A DNA stretch of 64,000 nucleotides from Nanobdellota archaeon (lineage in GTDB: Archaea > Nanobdellota > Nanobdellia > Pacearchaeales > GW2011-AR1): contig JBBSYE010000002.1 in assembly GCA_038045385.1 (NCBI GenBank), forward strand, positions 65,509-129,508, written 5' to 3'. Both the position numbers and the translations under genes were made by a program. Positions 34,298-43,461 of this stretch are shown here, in pieces. Position 1 is the first letter of the stretch. Each line of letters opens with the position of its first letter. Under the pieces are notes generated by a model. That model was not told where the DNA came from, searched no databases, and saw only the letters and a program-made list of their open reading frames with translations.

Positions 34298-36076
34298 ATG
34301 GATGATAAAAAGCATTCAACTTTAGGAAGTCATATGACTCCTGGAGGAGATTATGTTCCATCTAGCCAATTGCCAGCTACCCAGACAGCGAGTGCTGATA
34401 TGGGCAAGCATTATGAATCATTAAAGAAGACAATTGTTAAAAAGTTTCCTTTTGTTGTTTCGCTTAGCGTTATACCTCCGCAGATGCAGAAATTATTTGA
34501 GGAAGATGAGGGATTGACTAAAGAGGAAATAGAGAGAAAGCCTGTGCATTTATTTATGGTTATCCCAGAAGAGGAATATGCAAATATTCCTAAGAAAATT
34601 AAGCCTGAGCTTTTGAAAATAATTCATGAAAGTAAAGAGAATGTTTGGGTTCATATCAAGACGCCAGTAGATGTTTGGAATTATGGGCTTGATAGCAAGT
34701 TTGACATGGTTGACGCTGTTGCGGCATCTTATCCTTTACATGATAAAGGTCTTCTTGGAGCTTTAAGAGTTGCAAATATTCATAAGACTCTTGTTTTGAG
34801 AAAATTTGAGAAATATGTTGCAAGTTACGTTGTTGGCGGTTCTTTAGTTAGAGGAACGGCAGATGCGGATAGCGATGTTGATACTTTTGTTATTATTGAT
34901 GATACGGATGTTAAAAAAATGCCTCGCTTGCAATTGAAGGAAAAACTTAGAGGATTTATTCAAGATTATATTCGCGAGGCCAACGCTTACGCGGGCGTTA
35001 AAAATATTTTGAATGTTCAAGTTTATTTGTTGACGGAATTTTGGGAATCCGTTAAAGATGCAAATCCGGTAATATTTACTTTTATTAGAGATGGGGTGCC
35101 TATGTACGACAGAGGGACTTTCTTGCCTTGGAAGCTTCTTTTGAAAATGGGTAAAATAAAGCCAAGTCCTGAAGCGGTTGATATGTTCATGAAATATGGG
35201 GACCAAAATGAGTCTTTGGTTAAGAGAAGAATGATTGATGGGATGATTGATATTTATTGGGGAGTTGTTACTCCAACTCAAGCGTTAATGATGCTTGCAG
35301 GAGAGGCTCCGCCTGCGCCAAAGACTCTAGTTGCCGACGTTAAAAGATTGTTTGTTGATAAAGAAAAGATTATGGCTATGCGAGAATTGAAGATTTTAGA
35401 GAAGGTTGTCAAGTATTACAAAGATCATGAACATGGAAAGCTTGAGAGCATGAAAGGCGCGGAGCTTGATATTCTTTTGAAAGAAGCTGGAGAGTACGAT
35501 AAGAAGCTAAAAGAGTTACGTAAGAAACTTGAAAAGAGAATTGTTGAGCATACTGCTGAGCGCATTTATGGAGAGGTTTTTGGAATTTTGAAAAATATGT
35601 TTGGAAATAAGAGCGATAATATTTTGATTAGTTCTTTTGAGAGAGAGCTAGTTAAATCTGGTAAGACGTCCGCTAGATTTATGCCGATTTTGAAAGCTCT
35701 TGCTAAACTCCCACAGAAAATTAAGAAGAGTGCTGTAACGCATAATGAGATTGAGCTTGTTAGACGTGAGGCGACTGAATTGTTGACTGCTATGATTGAA
35801 TTTAATCAACGTAAGGAGCTGGCTAGCTTTAGTGGAACTATAATGAAGATTGAAGGAGAGCGAGAGAAGGCTGAACTTGTTTCTACTATCGATGGAATCT
35901 TTTTACTTGCACATAAAGATGTTATGCATTTTAATGATAAGTCTTTCACTCCAAGTACTAGAGAGAAATTTGAGGTTGCTATGGAAAAAACTAAACAGCC
36001 AGTCAAGTTGATAATAAGCTCGGCTTTGACACATGCTTTGCAACAGAGATTCGGGAAATATAATTTGAGCTTTTGA
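34298..36076 (+). CDS. Large nucleotidyltransferase-domain protein with HEPN-like helical domain and a long C-terminal extension
   Basis: GGSLVRGTADADSDVDTFVIIDD NTase motif. The following region (IDIYWGVVTPTQALMMLAGEAPPAPKTL) is paralogous to 45000-45845. Confidence 0.7.
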   Translation: MDDKKHSTLGSHMTPGGDYVPSSQLPATQTASADMGKHYESLKKTIVKKFPFVVSLSVIPPQMQKLFEEDEGLTKEEIERKPVHLFMVIPEEEYANIPKKIKPELLKIIHESKENVWVHIKTPVDVWNYGLDSKFDMVDAVAASYPLHDKGLLGALRVANIHKTLVLRKFEKYVASYVVGGSLVRGTADADSDVDTFVIIDDTDVKKMPRLQLKEKLRGFIQDYIREANAYAGVKNILNVQVYLLTEFWESVKDANPVIFTFIRDGVPMYDRGTFLPWKLLLKMGKIKPSPEAVDMFMKYGDQNESLVKRRMIDGMIDIYWGVVTPTQALMMLAGEAPPAPKTLVADVKRLFVDKEKIMAMRELKILEKVVKYYKDHEHGKLESMKGAELDILLKEAGEYDKKLKELRKKLEKRIVEHTAERIYGEVFGILKNMFGNKSDNILISSFERELVKSGKTSARFMPILKALAKLPQKIKKSAVTHNEIELVRREATELLTAMIEFNQRKELASFSGTIMKIEGEREKAELVSTIDGIFLLAHKDVMHFNDKSFTPSTREKFEVAMEKTKQPVKLIISSALTHALQQRFGKYNLSF

Positions 36077-36129
36077 GTGCAACGATGAATAACAATAATA
36101 ATTAAAAAGAGTTATTTATCAATTATTTT

Positions 36130-36564
36130 ATGAGAATTGCGGTTTGTGGAAGTATGACTTTTTCTCCGGAAATGTTGAGTCTTGGTGTGAAATTAAAGGA
36201 GCTTGGGCATGAGGTTGTTCTTCCTGAATTTACAGAAGAGTATGCGAGATTAAATTCAAGAGATGAGATGCACAGCGAGTCTGCACATAATAAAGTTGAA
36301 CATGATTTGATAAGAGGGTATTTTGAGACTATTAAGGAAGTAGACGCGGTATTGATTTATAATCCTTCTAAGAGGGGAATTGAAAATTATGTTGGAGGCA
36401 ACACTTTCTTAGAAATGGGGTTTGCTCACATTTTGGAGAAGCCAATCTTTATGTGGAATCCTATTCCGGATTTAGGATATCGTGATGAGATGGAAGCAAT
36501 GCGACCGCGTATTATTAATGGGGATTTAAGCAGACTTGTTTATAATTTTGTTGTAACTATTTAG
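36130..36564 (+). CDS. Nucleoside 2-deoxyribosyltransferase-like protein (tentative)
   Basis: 144 aa. MRIAVCGSMTF..., NTFLEMGFAHILEKPIF pattern. Confidence 0.45.
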   Translation: MRIAVCGSMTFSPEMLSLGVKLKELGHEVVLPEFTEEYARLNSRDEMHSESAHNKVEHDLIRGYFETIKEVDAVLIYNPSKRGIENYVGGNTFLEMGFAHILEKPIFMWNPIPDLGYRDEMEAMRPRIINGDLSRLVYNFVVTI

Positions 36565-36580
36565 TAATATAAAAGAAAGG

Positions 36581-36588
36581 TTTAAATA
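36581..36588 (+). promoter_or_regulatory. TATA box (TTTAAATA)
   Basis: 21 nt upstream of the ATG at 36610. Confidence 0.55.
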
Positions 36589-36609
36589 CCTGCTTTTTGC
36601 TTTTAATTT

Positions 36610-36873
36610 ATGAATAGAAATAAAAGGATAAAAACTTTAGAAGGGATTGCTATATTCAAAGTCGATCTTTTTGGAGATAGGGGGGAAGAAAAAGGTCTTT
36701 TCTTTGCTTATCATGTAATTGCTCAAGACTCTGAGAATGCTGTTGCTACTGCAAGAGAAATAGCAAAAAGAAATGGGTATTCTTTTAGGCGGTTAGTAAT
36801 TGAACCACAAAAATTAGTTGAGGGCAATTTATATGTAGATACGGGCTATTTGGGAAGAGTACTCAAGAAGTAA
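36610..36873 (+). CDS. Hypothetical protein (87 aa)
   Basis: ORF with a correctly spaced TATA box. Confidence 0.55.
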   Translation: MNRNKRIKTLEGIAIFKVDLFGDRGEEKGLFFAYHVIAQDSENAVATAREIAKRNGYSFRRLVIEPQKLVEGNLYVDTGYLGRVLKK

Positions 36874-36949
36874 AACTCTTTAGTTTGCTATAGAATAAAA
36901 ATCTATCACAAGTCTTTAAGATATTATGTATCTTTAAAGCGTCGTCAGC

Positions 36950-36957
36950 TTTAAAAA
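36950..36957 (+). promoter_or_regulatory. TATA box (TTTAAAAA) of the eL33-X-uL16 operon
   Basis: 21 nt upstream of the ATG at 36979. Confidence 0.55.
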
Positions 36958-36978
36958 GCCTTATTTCTAAGCAAGAAG

Positions 36979-37248
36979 ATGAAAGGAATAATTATTCAAT
37001 TCAGACGAAGCAGACATAGAATTCATGAGAGACATTACTTGTTGGATTTTAATCTTACTAGTAGAGAGGAAGCAAAGAAATATGCTGGAAAACATGTAGA
37101 ATGGAAAAGTCCTTCTGGAAAAGTGATTAAGGGAGTTATTTCAGATGCTCATGGTAATAGTGGAGTTGTTAGAGCTATTTTTGAGAAAGGATTGCCTGGA
37201 CAGGCCATATCTGGAGAGATAGAGATTCATGATGGGGGAAAGAAGTAA
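36979..37248 (+). CDS. rpl35ae: Ribosomal protein eL33 (L35Ae)
   Basis: 89 aa. GIIIQFRRSRH..., GKHVEWKSPSGKVIKGVISDAHGNSGVVRAIFEKGLPGQA. Confidence 0.85.
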   Translation: MKGIIIQFRRSRHRIHERHYLLDFNLTSREEAKKYAGKHVEWKSPSGKVIKGVISDAHGNSGVVRAIFEKGLPGQAISGEIEIHDGGKK

Positions 37249-37249
37249 G

Positions 37250-37606
37250 ATGAGGCGCGGTAGTGATAATGCTCGTGCTAAGGATAGAATTCGTTATTTA
37301 GGTCCGAAGGTAAGGCCGGAACCAGATTCTAATATTTGGTTTGCGAAGAATTTTGAAAGAGCATATAATGCAACTCCTGTAAATTCAAGATCTTTAGATG
37401 GAATATATTTTGCTAGAGTTTATAATATTAACGATGAGGGGAATTTAATTGCAAATAATCATGATAGATATGGTCCTGGAAAGTTAAAGGATTTGAAAGA
37501 TTTTATTGGTAATCTTGGCGATTCGCAAGTGATGGTTTTAGTTGAAGCGAGATTATCTCGTAAGGTTCGTGGTAAAAAAATTCTTGATTACATGGAGAGA
37601 GAATAA
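37250..37606 (+). CDS. Hypothetical basic protein wedged between eL33 and uL16
   Basis: The ATG begins 2 nt after the eL33 stop. Its TAA overlaps the uL16 ATG (TAATG). Confidence 0.6.
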   Translation: MRRGSDNARAKDRIRYLGPKVRPEPDSNIWFAKNFERAYNATPVNSRSLDGIYFARVYNINDEGNLIANNHDRYGPGKLKDLKDFIGNLGDSQVMVLVEARLSRKVRGKKILDYMERE

Positions 37607-38139
37607 TGGCATTACGAAAAGCATTAGCATATTCAAAGAAATACGCTCGCCCATACACTCGTGTTTCGCGAAATAAAGCAAAAGCTTACATTAAAGTATC
37701 TCCGCAGAATAAAATTGCTAAATATAATTCTGGAGATTTTGCTTCTTTTAGAGATGGTAAGTTTCCATTTCAGCTTACTTTGATTAGTGTTGTTAGGGCT
37801 CAAATTAGAGATAACGCTTTAGAGGCGGCTCGTCAGTTTCTTGTTAAAATGCTTGATGAGAAAGCATTCGGGCAATATTATCTTGAGCTTAAGGTGCATC
37901 CGCATCATCTTTTAAGAAATAATAAAACTGCTGCTGGAGCTGGAGCAGATAGAATGTCATCTGGAATGAAGCATTCTTTTGGAATTATTGAAGGACGCGC
38001 AGCTATGGTTCCTCCTGGGAAATCAATTTATTTTATTGCTTGTGCAAATGATGCTTCAACTCGCGTTGCTCGCGAAGCACTTGGAATGATCAAGTCTAAA
38101 ATTCCTGGTAAGACTGCGATAAGATTTGTGAAGGTTTAA
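37606..38139 (+). CDS. rpl10e: Ribosomal protein uL16 (L10e)
   Basis: MALRKALAYSKKYARPYTRVSR... and the family-typical LELKVHPHHLLRNNK. Confidence 0.9.
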   Translation: MALRKALAYSKKYARPYTRVSRNKAKAYIKVSPQNKIAKYNSGDFASFRDGKFPFQLTLISVVRAQIRDNALEAARQFLVKMLDEKAFGQYYLELKVHPHHLLRNNKTAAGAGADRMSSGMKHSFGIIEGRAAMVPPGKSIYFIACANDASTRVAREALGMIKSKIPGKTAIRFVKV

Positions 38140-38163
38140 AAGGTAAGAGTTTTCTGTTTTATT

Positions 38164-38436
38164 ATGAGAACATATAACGAATCGGCAATTTTGCCTAAAG
38201 ATGCGAAGAGATTAAAAGACGTATTTAGAGATTATAGCGGAAAATTGACAAAAGGACAGAAAAGAATACTTGACGATTTTGGTGTTTCTTATTCTTTAAA
38301 TCAGCAAAATCATTTATGTTTTTTATATCAGGGAAGGCAGGTTCTTTGTTCTGGAACGTCTGGAGATTGGAGAAATGGGAGAAATATTGCTACAAAATTA
38401 GTTCAGCTTATTGAAGGGAAACCGATTTCAAGATAA
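38164..38436 (+). CDS. Hypothetical protein (90 aa)
   Basis: ORF only. Precedes the membrane-anchored RelE-like gene. Confidence 0.5.
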   Translation: MRTYNESAILPKDAKRLKDVFRDYSGKLTKGQKRILDDFGVSYSLNQQNHLCFLYQGRQVLCSGTSGDWRNGRNIATKLVQLIEGKPISR

Positions 38437-38483
38437 TTTTCTTAAAAGGTAAGATTTATTATCTCTGATTTAATGTATTTTCT

Positions 38484-39080
38484 ATGTTACGCTCAATTGC
38501 GAGGATATTTGGTCTGGTATTTTTTGCTTTAGGATTTTACATTTTGCTTTCTTCATTTTCTTCGGTTACTGGTTTTGCAGTAATTAATGCAGAAGATATT
38601 CCTTATTCTTCTATTTGGGGAGTTGCATTTCTTATTGTTGGAGCTTTTTTGCTTTCTATTGCTTCGCGAATTTCTGATATTGGTGGAATTGAAAGAAGAG
38701 TTATGTCTGGAAGTCCGAGTGTTGTTTGGTCGGTACAAGCAAGAGAGAGGATGAGAAAAGATAATTTTGTTAGAGGAAATAAGAAAAAATATGTAAAGGA
38801 AGTAGAGATGATTGCACAATCTCCAAAACAAAGAGGTCAGGAGAGAATAGGACAATTTTCAGTTTCTCCAAGAGGACATAATAATATAAGAGTTGCTTGG
38901 CATTATGATTCAAAGACTAATACTATTTATGTAGACGACTTGCTTTATCATAAAAATGGTCGCACTTATGTAGATAATTGGAACAATAGAGCTACCGATG
39001 GAGAGATTACGAAGGGTTCATATTCAGGATATGGGTCTATTGATGCTGAAGATGATGAAGAAACGAGAGAAGCTGCTTAA
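38484..39080 (+). CDS. Two-TM N-terminal anchor fused to a RelE/ParE-like domain (tentative)
   Basis: VVWSVQARERMRKD...ERIGQFSVSPRGHNNIRVAWHYDSKTNTIYVDDLLYH resembles the RelE/ParE layout. Confidence 0.4.
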   Translation: MLRSIARIFGLVFFALGFYILLSSFSSVTGFAVINAEDIPYSSIWGVAFLIVGAFLLSIASRISDIGGIERRVMSGSPSVVWSVQARERMRKDNFVRGNKKKYVKEVEMIAQSPKQRGQERIGQFSVSPRGHNNIRVAWHYDSKTNTIYVDDLLYHKNGRTYVDNWNNRATDGEITKGSYSGYGSIDAEDDEETREAA

Positions 39081-39097
39081 TTTTTCTTGAGATAATC

Positions 39098-39105
39098 TTT
39101 ATTAA
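39098..39105 (+). promoter_or_regulatory. TATA-like box (TTTATTAA)
   Basis: 21 nt upstream of the ATG at 39127. Confidence 0.5.
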
Positions 39106-39126
39106 CTCTGTTCTCTTTTATTTTTT

Positions 39127-42100
39127 ATGGTGATGAAAAAAGAGGTAAAATTAGATAGTGGTTTTATCAAATGGTTTTCAGAATTGAGGAACAAAGATGT
39201 TGCTATTGCTGGCGGAAAAGGCGCTAGTTTGGCGGAGATGTATGCGAATGGTTTTCCAGTTCCTCCGGGATTTATTGTTACGGCCCAGGCTTATACATAT
39301 TTCATAACTCAAGCGAATTTACAGGGAATGATACAAGGAATCTTGGAGCGTTTACAGACCGAAGATACTGCCGCCTTGAATAACGCTTCTAAAAAGATAA
39401 GGGCTTTGATTGAGGCTGCGCAATTGCCTCCTGAATTAGAGCAGGAACTTGTTGAGGCTTATGATATTCTTTCTGTTGATAAGCATGATGGCGGCGCGAG
39501 TGATTTATTGCGTGGAAAGAAAGAGGGAAGCTATGTAGCTGTTCGTTCTAGTGCGACTACTGAAGATTTAGCAGACGCTAGTTTTGCCGGGCAGCAGGAT
39601 TCTTTTCTTGGTGTTAAGGGACATGAGCTTTTAATAAAGAAAGTTAAAGAGTGTTTTTCTTCTCTCTTTACAGCTAGGGCTATTTATTATCGAGTGAAGA
39701 AGGGATTTACTAGGGCCGATTCACAACTTGCGGTAGTTGTTCAAAGAATGATTAATTCTGAAAAATCTGGAGTTATGTTTTCGCGTAACCCTCTTGTTAA
39801 CGATGATTCGGTTATTATCGAGGCTGTTTTTGGTTTGGGAGAGGGAATAGTTTCTGGGAGAATACTTCCGGATCATTATCTGATAAATCGTAATGAGGAA
39901 GTTATTGAGATGAAAGTTGCTGATAAGAAGATTGCGCTTGTTAGGGGGCAGAATGCTGAAGTTGATGAAGTCAAGTTAAAAGAGGAAGTTTCTAAGCAAC
40001 AAGTTTTAACGGGCTATGAGCTAAAAAGACTTGCTCAATATGGAATGCAGTTAGAGGAGCATTATAAAAAACCGCAGGATATCGAATTTGCTATTGAGAA
40101 TGGAGAGATATATATTGTTCAGAGCAGGCCGATAACGACTAAAGCTAAAGATACTGATAAAGAAATTCATGGAAATGTTTTGCTTTCTGGCCTTGGTGCA
40201 AGTCCGGGAATTTCTTCTGGAGTTGTTAGAATTGTTAGAAGTATGGATGATTTGGCTAAGGTAAAATCTGGAGAGGTGCTTGTTACTGTTATGACTAATC
40301 CGGATATGGTTGTTAGTATGCAGAAGGCAGCGGGAATTGTTACTGATGAAGGTGGAGTTACTTGTTTCGCTGAAGAGACAAAAGTTCTTACTTCAAGAGG
40401 TTTTGTTACTATTAAAGATGCAGTTGAACTTGTTGCATCTGGTCAGGAATTATGGCTTCTTTCTTATGATGCGCTAAATCTTAGACCAGCCTGGAAGCGT
40501 ATCCTTTCTGGAGCGGGTAGAAAAAGGCATGCGATACGAGTTTCTGTATCTCAAAAAGGAACAATGGATGATAATATTCTTGATGTCACTTCAGATCATA
40601 AAATGATTTTCTTTGAGAATCGTGTTTTGATTAAAGAACAGCTCTCATCTGTACTGGAACAGGAAAAATGCATTTCTGTTATCGATTCTCTTCCTGCAAC
40701 TATGGCTACAAATGATGAAAAGAAAGCTTATGTTCTTGGAGCTTTAGCATCAGATGGAAATATCAAAGTTGACTTGCATCATACAGGAAATCCACGTCGT
40801 GGAAGGATAACATTCACACAGAAGCAAACTGATGCTAAAGCTGCTTTTATCGAACGTGTTGGGTTGTATTTTACTGAATGTTTTGGTTCTTCTTTTAAGG
40901 AACCCAGATTAAAAGAAAGTTCAGGTTATTTAAGAGAAAGACTTGTTCAAGGATATGCTTCTGATTATATTTGCAATAATTTGGAAATTGCACTTAAACT
41001 TAAAAATATTATTCATAATCTTGACTCTTGGGTGCTAACTCTTGATGAGCCATCATGTCTTAATTTTTTAGCAGGTCTTATTGATGGGGATGGTTGTCTT
41101 TATGATAATCGCCTTCATATTTATGTTGGTAAGGAACATGTTTTACAAGGAGTAATTTTGGCTTGCCTTCGTCTTGGAATTTTTCCACAAATAACGCGTA
41201 ATAGAACAATTCATCATGTGCAAATTTTGGAGCGGATTGATGATATTATTCAGCACACTTCTCGTGTTAAAGGAGAAATACGTTTTAAACAACAAGGTAA
41301 TAAACTTTTTTCTGCAAGAGCTATTCTTTTAGATATTATCGATGAGGTTAATTATAAAGGGCATATCAAGCCTTATGTGCAGAATAATTGTCTAATTGAT
41401 AGCAGAAAGATTGCTTCTTTTGTTCTTCCTATGACCCAAGCTAAGGAGCGACAACAACTTCTTTCTGTTCTTTCTTCAGGTTTAAGAATGCAACGTGTTA
41501 AGAAAATTGCAGATATAGGCGAGATTGACGTCTTTAACCTTGAGGTTGAGGCAGATAACGAGCTTGATCATAATTTTGTAGTTTTTACAAGCAAATATAC
41601 TCCTATTTTAGTGTCTAATTCTCATGCCGCCATTGTTAGTAGGGAGATGGGAATCCCTGCAGTTGTTGGAACTAGAAATGCTACTCATAAATTGAAAGAT
41701 GGAGATATAGTGACGGTAGATGGTAATACTGGGAGAGTTATAGAGGGGAAGGGTATTGAGAGAAAGGTTGAAGTTAATCCAATTGTGCCTACTAGGATAA
41801 AGATAAAAGTTATTGTTGATTTGCCTGATTATGCTCCTCGTGCGGCACTTTCTGGAGCGCAGAGTGTTGGTCTTGTCAGACTTGAGGGCATAATTGCTTC
41901 TCATGGGAAGCATCCTGTTTGGTATTTGAAAAATAATAAGATGAGAGATTACATTTCCGTTTTGTCTTCTGGTTTGAAGAAGATAGCTACGCCTTTCAAA
42001 GAGATTTGGGTGCGAACGAGTGATATAAGAAGTGACGAGTATGTTGGTCTTGAAGGAGCGCCACAAAAGAAAGAGGGCAATCCTATGCTCGGAAATCATG

Positions 42101-42951
42101 GTATAAGATTTAGCTTGATGAATGTTGATTTACTTGAAGCGGAACTTGAGGCAATAAAGGAGATTGCAGATGAATTTTCAGATAAGAAGTTTGGAGTTAT
42201 TATGCCTCAAGTTATCTCTGTTGATGAAGTTATTAAAACTAAGAAAATAGCTAACGAAGTTAAAATGCCTAAAAATATTGTGATGGGTGTGATGATAGAG
42301 ACACCTGCGGCTGTGCAGATTATTGAAGAGCTATGTAAGCAAGGAATAAAGTTTGCTTCTTTTGGAACGAATGATTTGACGCAATACACCCTCGCTTTAG
42401 ATAGGAATAATGAAGATATGCAAGGTTTGTATAATGAAATGCATCCTGCTGTTTTGGCTTCTATAAAGCAAGTTATTGCAACTTGTAAGCGTTATGGAGT
42501 GGAGACTTCAATTTGTGGCCAGGCGGGAAGCAGAGAGGAGATGGTTAGATTTCTTTTGAAAGAGGGAATTGATAGTATTTCTGTTAATGCTGATGCGGCT
42601 CAAATGGTTTCTAAGTTGGTCGCTGGATTGGAGGCTAAGAATATGCGAGTTGAAAATAATGAAGAAGTGAAACATAGAAAAAGAGAAACTAGGGAAGAAT
42701 ATGAAATTAATAGTTCTAATGTTAATAAAGAGATTGTGACTATGGCGATGAATGAGCAGTTTAATCAGAAAGCGCTTGATGAACTTTTTGGAATTGATAA
42801 GAATGTTGCTCAAGCGATGCCTGTGATGAAAGAAGAGGATTTAATTTTAAAGGCATTAGATGATGATTATTCGCCTAATTTGAAAGGTAAGTCGGACATT
42901 CCTTCGCTTAATGATGCTATTCCTGTGAATTCTGAATTTTTTGATAAATAA
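39127..42951 (+). CDS. ppsA: Phosphoenolpyruvate synthase (water dikinase) carrying an intein and a ~100-aa C-terminal tail
   Basis: GGKGASLAEM ATP-grasp region. The phosphohistidine motif GGVT|SHAAIVSREMGIPAVVG is split by the intein. PEP-utilising TIM barrel (GTNDLTQYTLA). Confidence 0.9.
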   Translation: MVMKKEVKLDSGFIKWFSELRNKDVAIAGGKGASLAEMYANGFPVPPGFIVTAQAYTYFITQANLQGMIQGILERLQTEDTAALNNASKKIRALIEAAQLPPELEQELVEAYDILSVDKHDGGASDLLRGKKEGSYVAVRSSATTEDLADASFAGQQDSFLGVKGHELLIKKVKECFSSLFTARAIYYRVKKGFTRADSQLAVVVQRMINSEKSGVMFSRNPLVNDDSVIIEAVFGLGEGIVSGRILPDHYLINRNEEVIEMKVADKKIALVRGQNAEVDEVKLKEEVSKQQVLTGYELKRLAQYGMQLEEHYKKPQDIEFAIENGEIYIVQSRPITTKAKDTDKEIHGNVLLSGLGASPGISSGVVRIVRSMDDLAKVKSGEVLVTVMTNPDMVVSMQKAAGIVTDEGGVTCFAEETKVLTSRGFVTIKDAVELVASGQELWLLSYDALNLRPAWKRILSGAGRKRHAIRVSVSQKGTMDDNILDVTSDHKMIFFENRVLIKEQLSSVLEQEKCISVIDSLPATMATNDEKKAYVLGALASDGNIKVDLHHTGNPRRGRITFTQKQTDAKAAFIERVGLYFTECFGSSFKEPRLKESSGYLRERLVQGYASDYICNNLEIALKLKNIIHNLDSWVLTLDEPSCLNFLAGLIDGDGCLYDNRLHIYVGKEHVLQGVILACLRLGIFPQITRNRTIHHVQILERIDDIIQHTSRVKGEIRFKQQGNKLFSARAILLDIIDEVNYKGHIKPYVQNNCLIDSRKIASFVLPMTQAKERQQLLSVLSSGLRMQRVKKIADIGEIDVFNLEVEADNELDHNFVVFTSKYTPILVSNSHAAIVSREMGIPAVVGTRNATHKLKDGDIVTVDGNTGRVIEGKGIERKVEVNPIVPTRIKIKVIVDLPDYAPRAALSGAQSVGLVRLEGIIASHGKHPVWYLKNNKMRDYISVLSSGLKKIATPFKEIWVRTSDIRSDEYVGLEGAPQKKEGNPMLGNHGIRFSLMNVDLLEAELEAIKEIADEFSDKKFGVIMPQVISVDEVIKTKKIANEVKMPKNIVMGVMIETPAAVQIIEELCKQGIKFASFGTNDLTQYTLALDRNNEDMQGLYNEMHPAVLASIKQVIATCKRYGVETSICGQAGSREEMVRFLLKEGIDSISVNADAAQMVSKLVAGLEAKNMRVENNEEVKHRKRETREEYEINSSNVNKEIVTMAMNEQFNQKALDELFGIDKNVAQAMPVMKEEDLILKALDDDYSPNLKGKSDIPSLNDAIPVNSEFFDK
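40363..41619 (+). mobile_element. 419-aa intein with LAGLIDADG homing endonuclease, inserted one residue before the catalytic His of PpsA
   Basis: Starts CFAEETKVL (Cys1), block B VTSDHKM, LGALASDGNI and LAGLIDGDGCL dodecapeptides. Ends ILVSN followed by +1 Ser. Confidence 0.85.
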
Positions 42952-42957
42952 TAGTCT

Positions 42958-43461
42958 TTAACCGAGATCCTCGTTTCTAACTTGCATGCCTGATTTTATC
43001 TTTTGTGCATGTTTTTTTATCTTTTGAAATCTTGGTGAGAATTTTGATCTATAGGTTAAGCATCCCATTCCCGTAAATGCTAACCCAATTAAACCTATTC
43101 CTACGATATAAGGAGGACAATTAAATTCTTTTGCGATACTTGGAACTATAATCCAGCTACCAATTATGGATGCTCCTACAAGAGTTTCAAAAAGTGAGAG
43201 TAAATCTTCTCTACTAGTACGATTAAATAGATAGTCTTGTGCGATTAATTCAGGAATTTCTTCTCTGCCGATGTTTGAAAGTCTGCAGGCGTCGGAAATT
43301 ACATTTTCTTTTTGTGCATATAATTCAGGGTTTGCAGAGCGATAGCTATCTAGCTTTCTTTGAAGCCTATTTTCTGGGTTGTATCTTTTAACTAATTCTG
43401 TTAAATCCATCTTCGTCTTTTTGATATTTCTTCTATATATCTTTAGTAGTTTTGTGTTCAT
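42958..43461 (-). CDS. Hypothetical membrane protein, paralogue of 43458-43892
   Basis: Shared N-terminus M.TKLLKIYRR and two predicted TM segments. 4-nt overlap with the upstream paralogue. Confidence 0.6.
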   Translation of the reverse strand: MNTKLLKIYRRNIKKTKMDLTELVKRYNPENRLQRKLDSYRSANPELYAQKENVISDACRLSNIGREEIPELIAQDYLFNRTSREDLLSLFETLVGASIIGSWIIVPSIAKEFNCPPYIVGIGLIGLAFTGMGCLTYRSKFSPRFQKIKKHAQKIKSGMQVRNEDLG

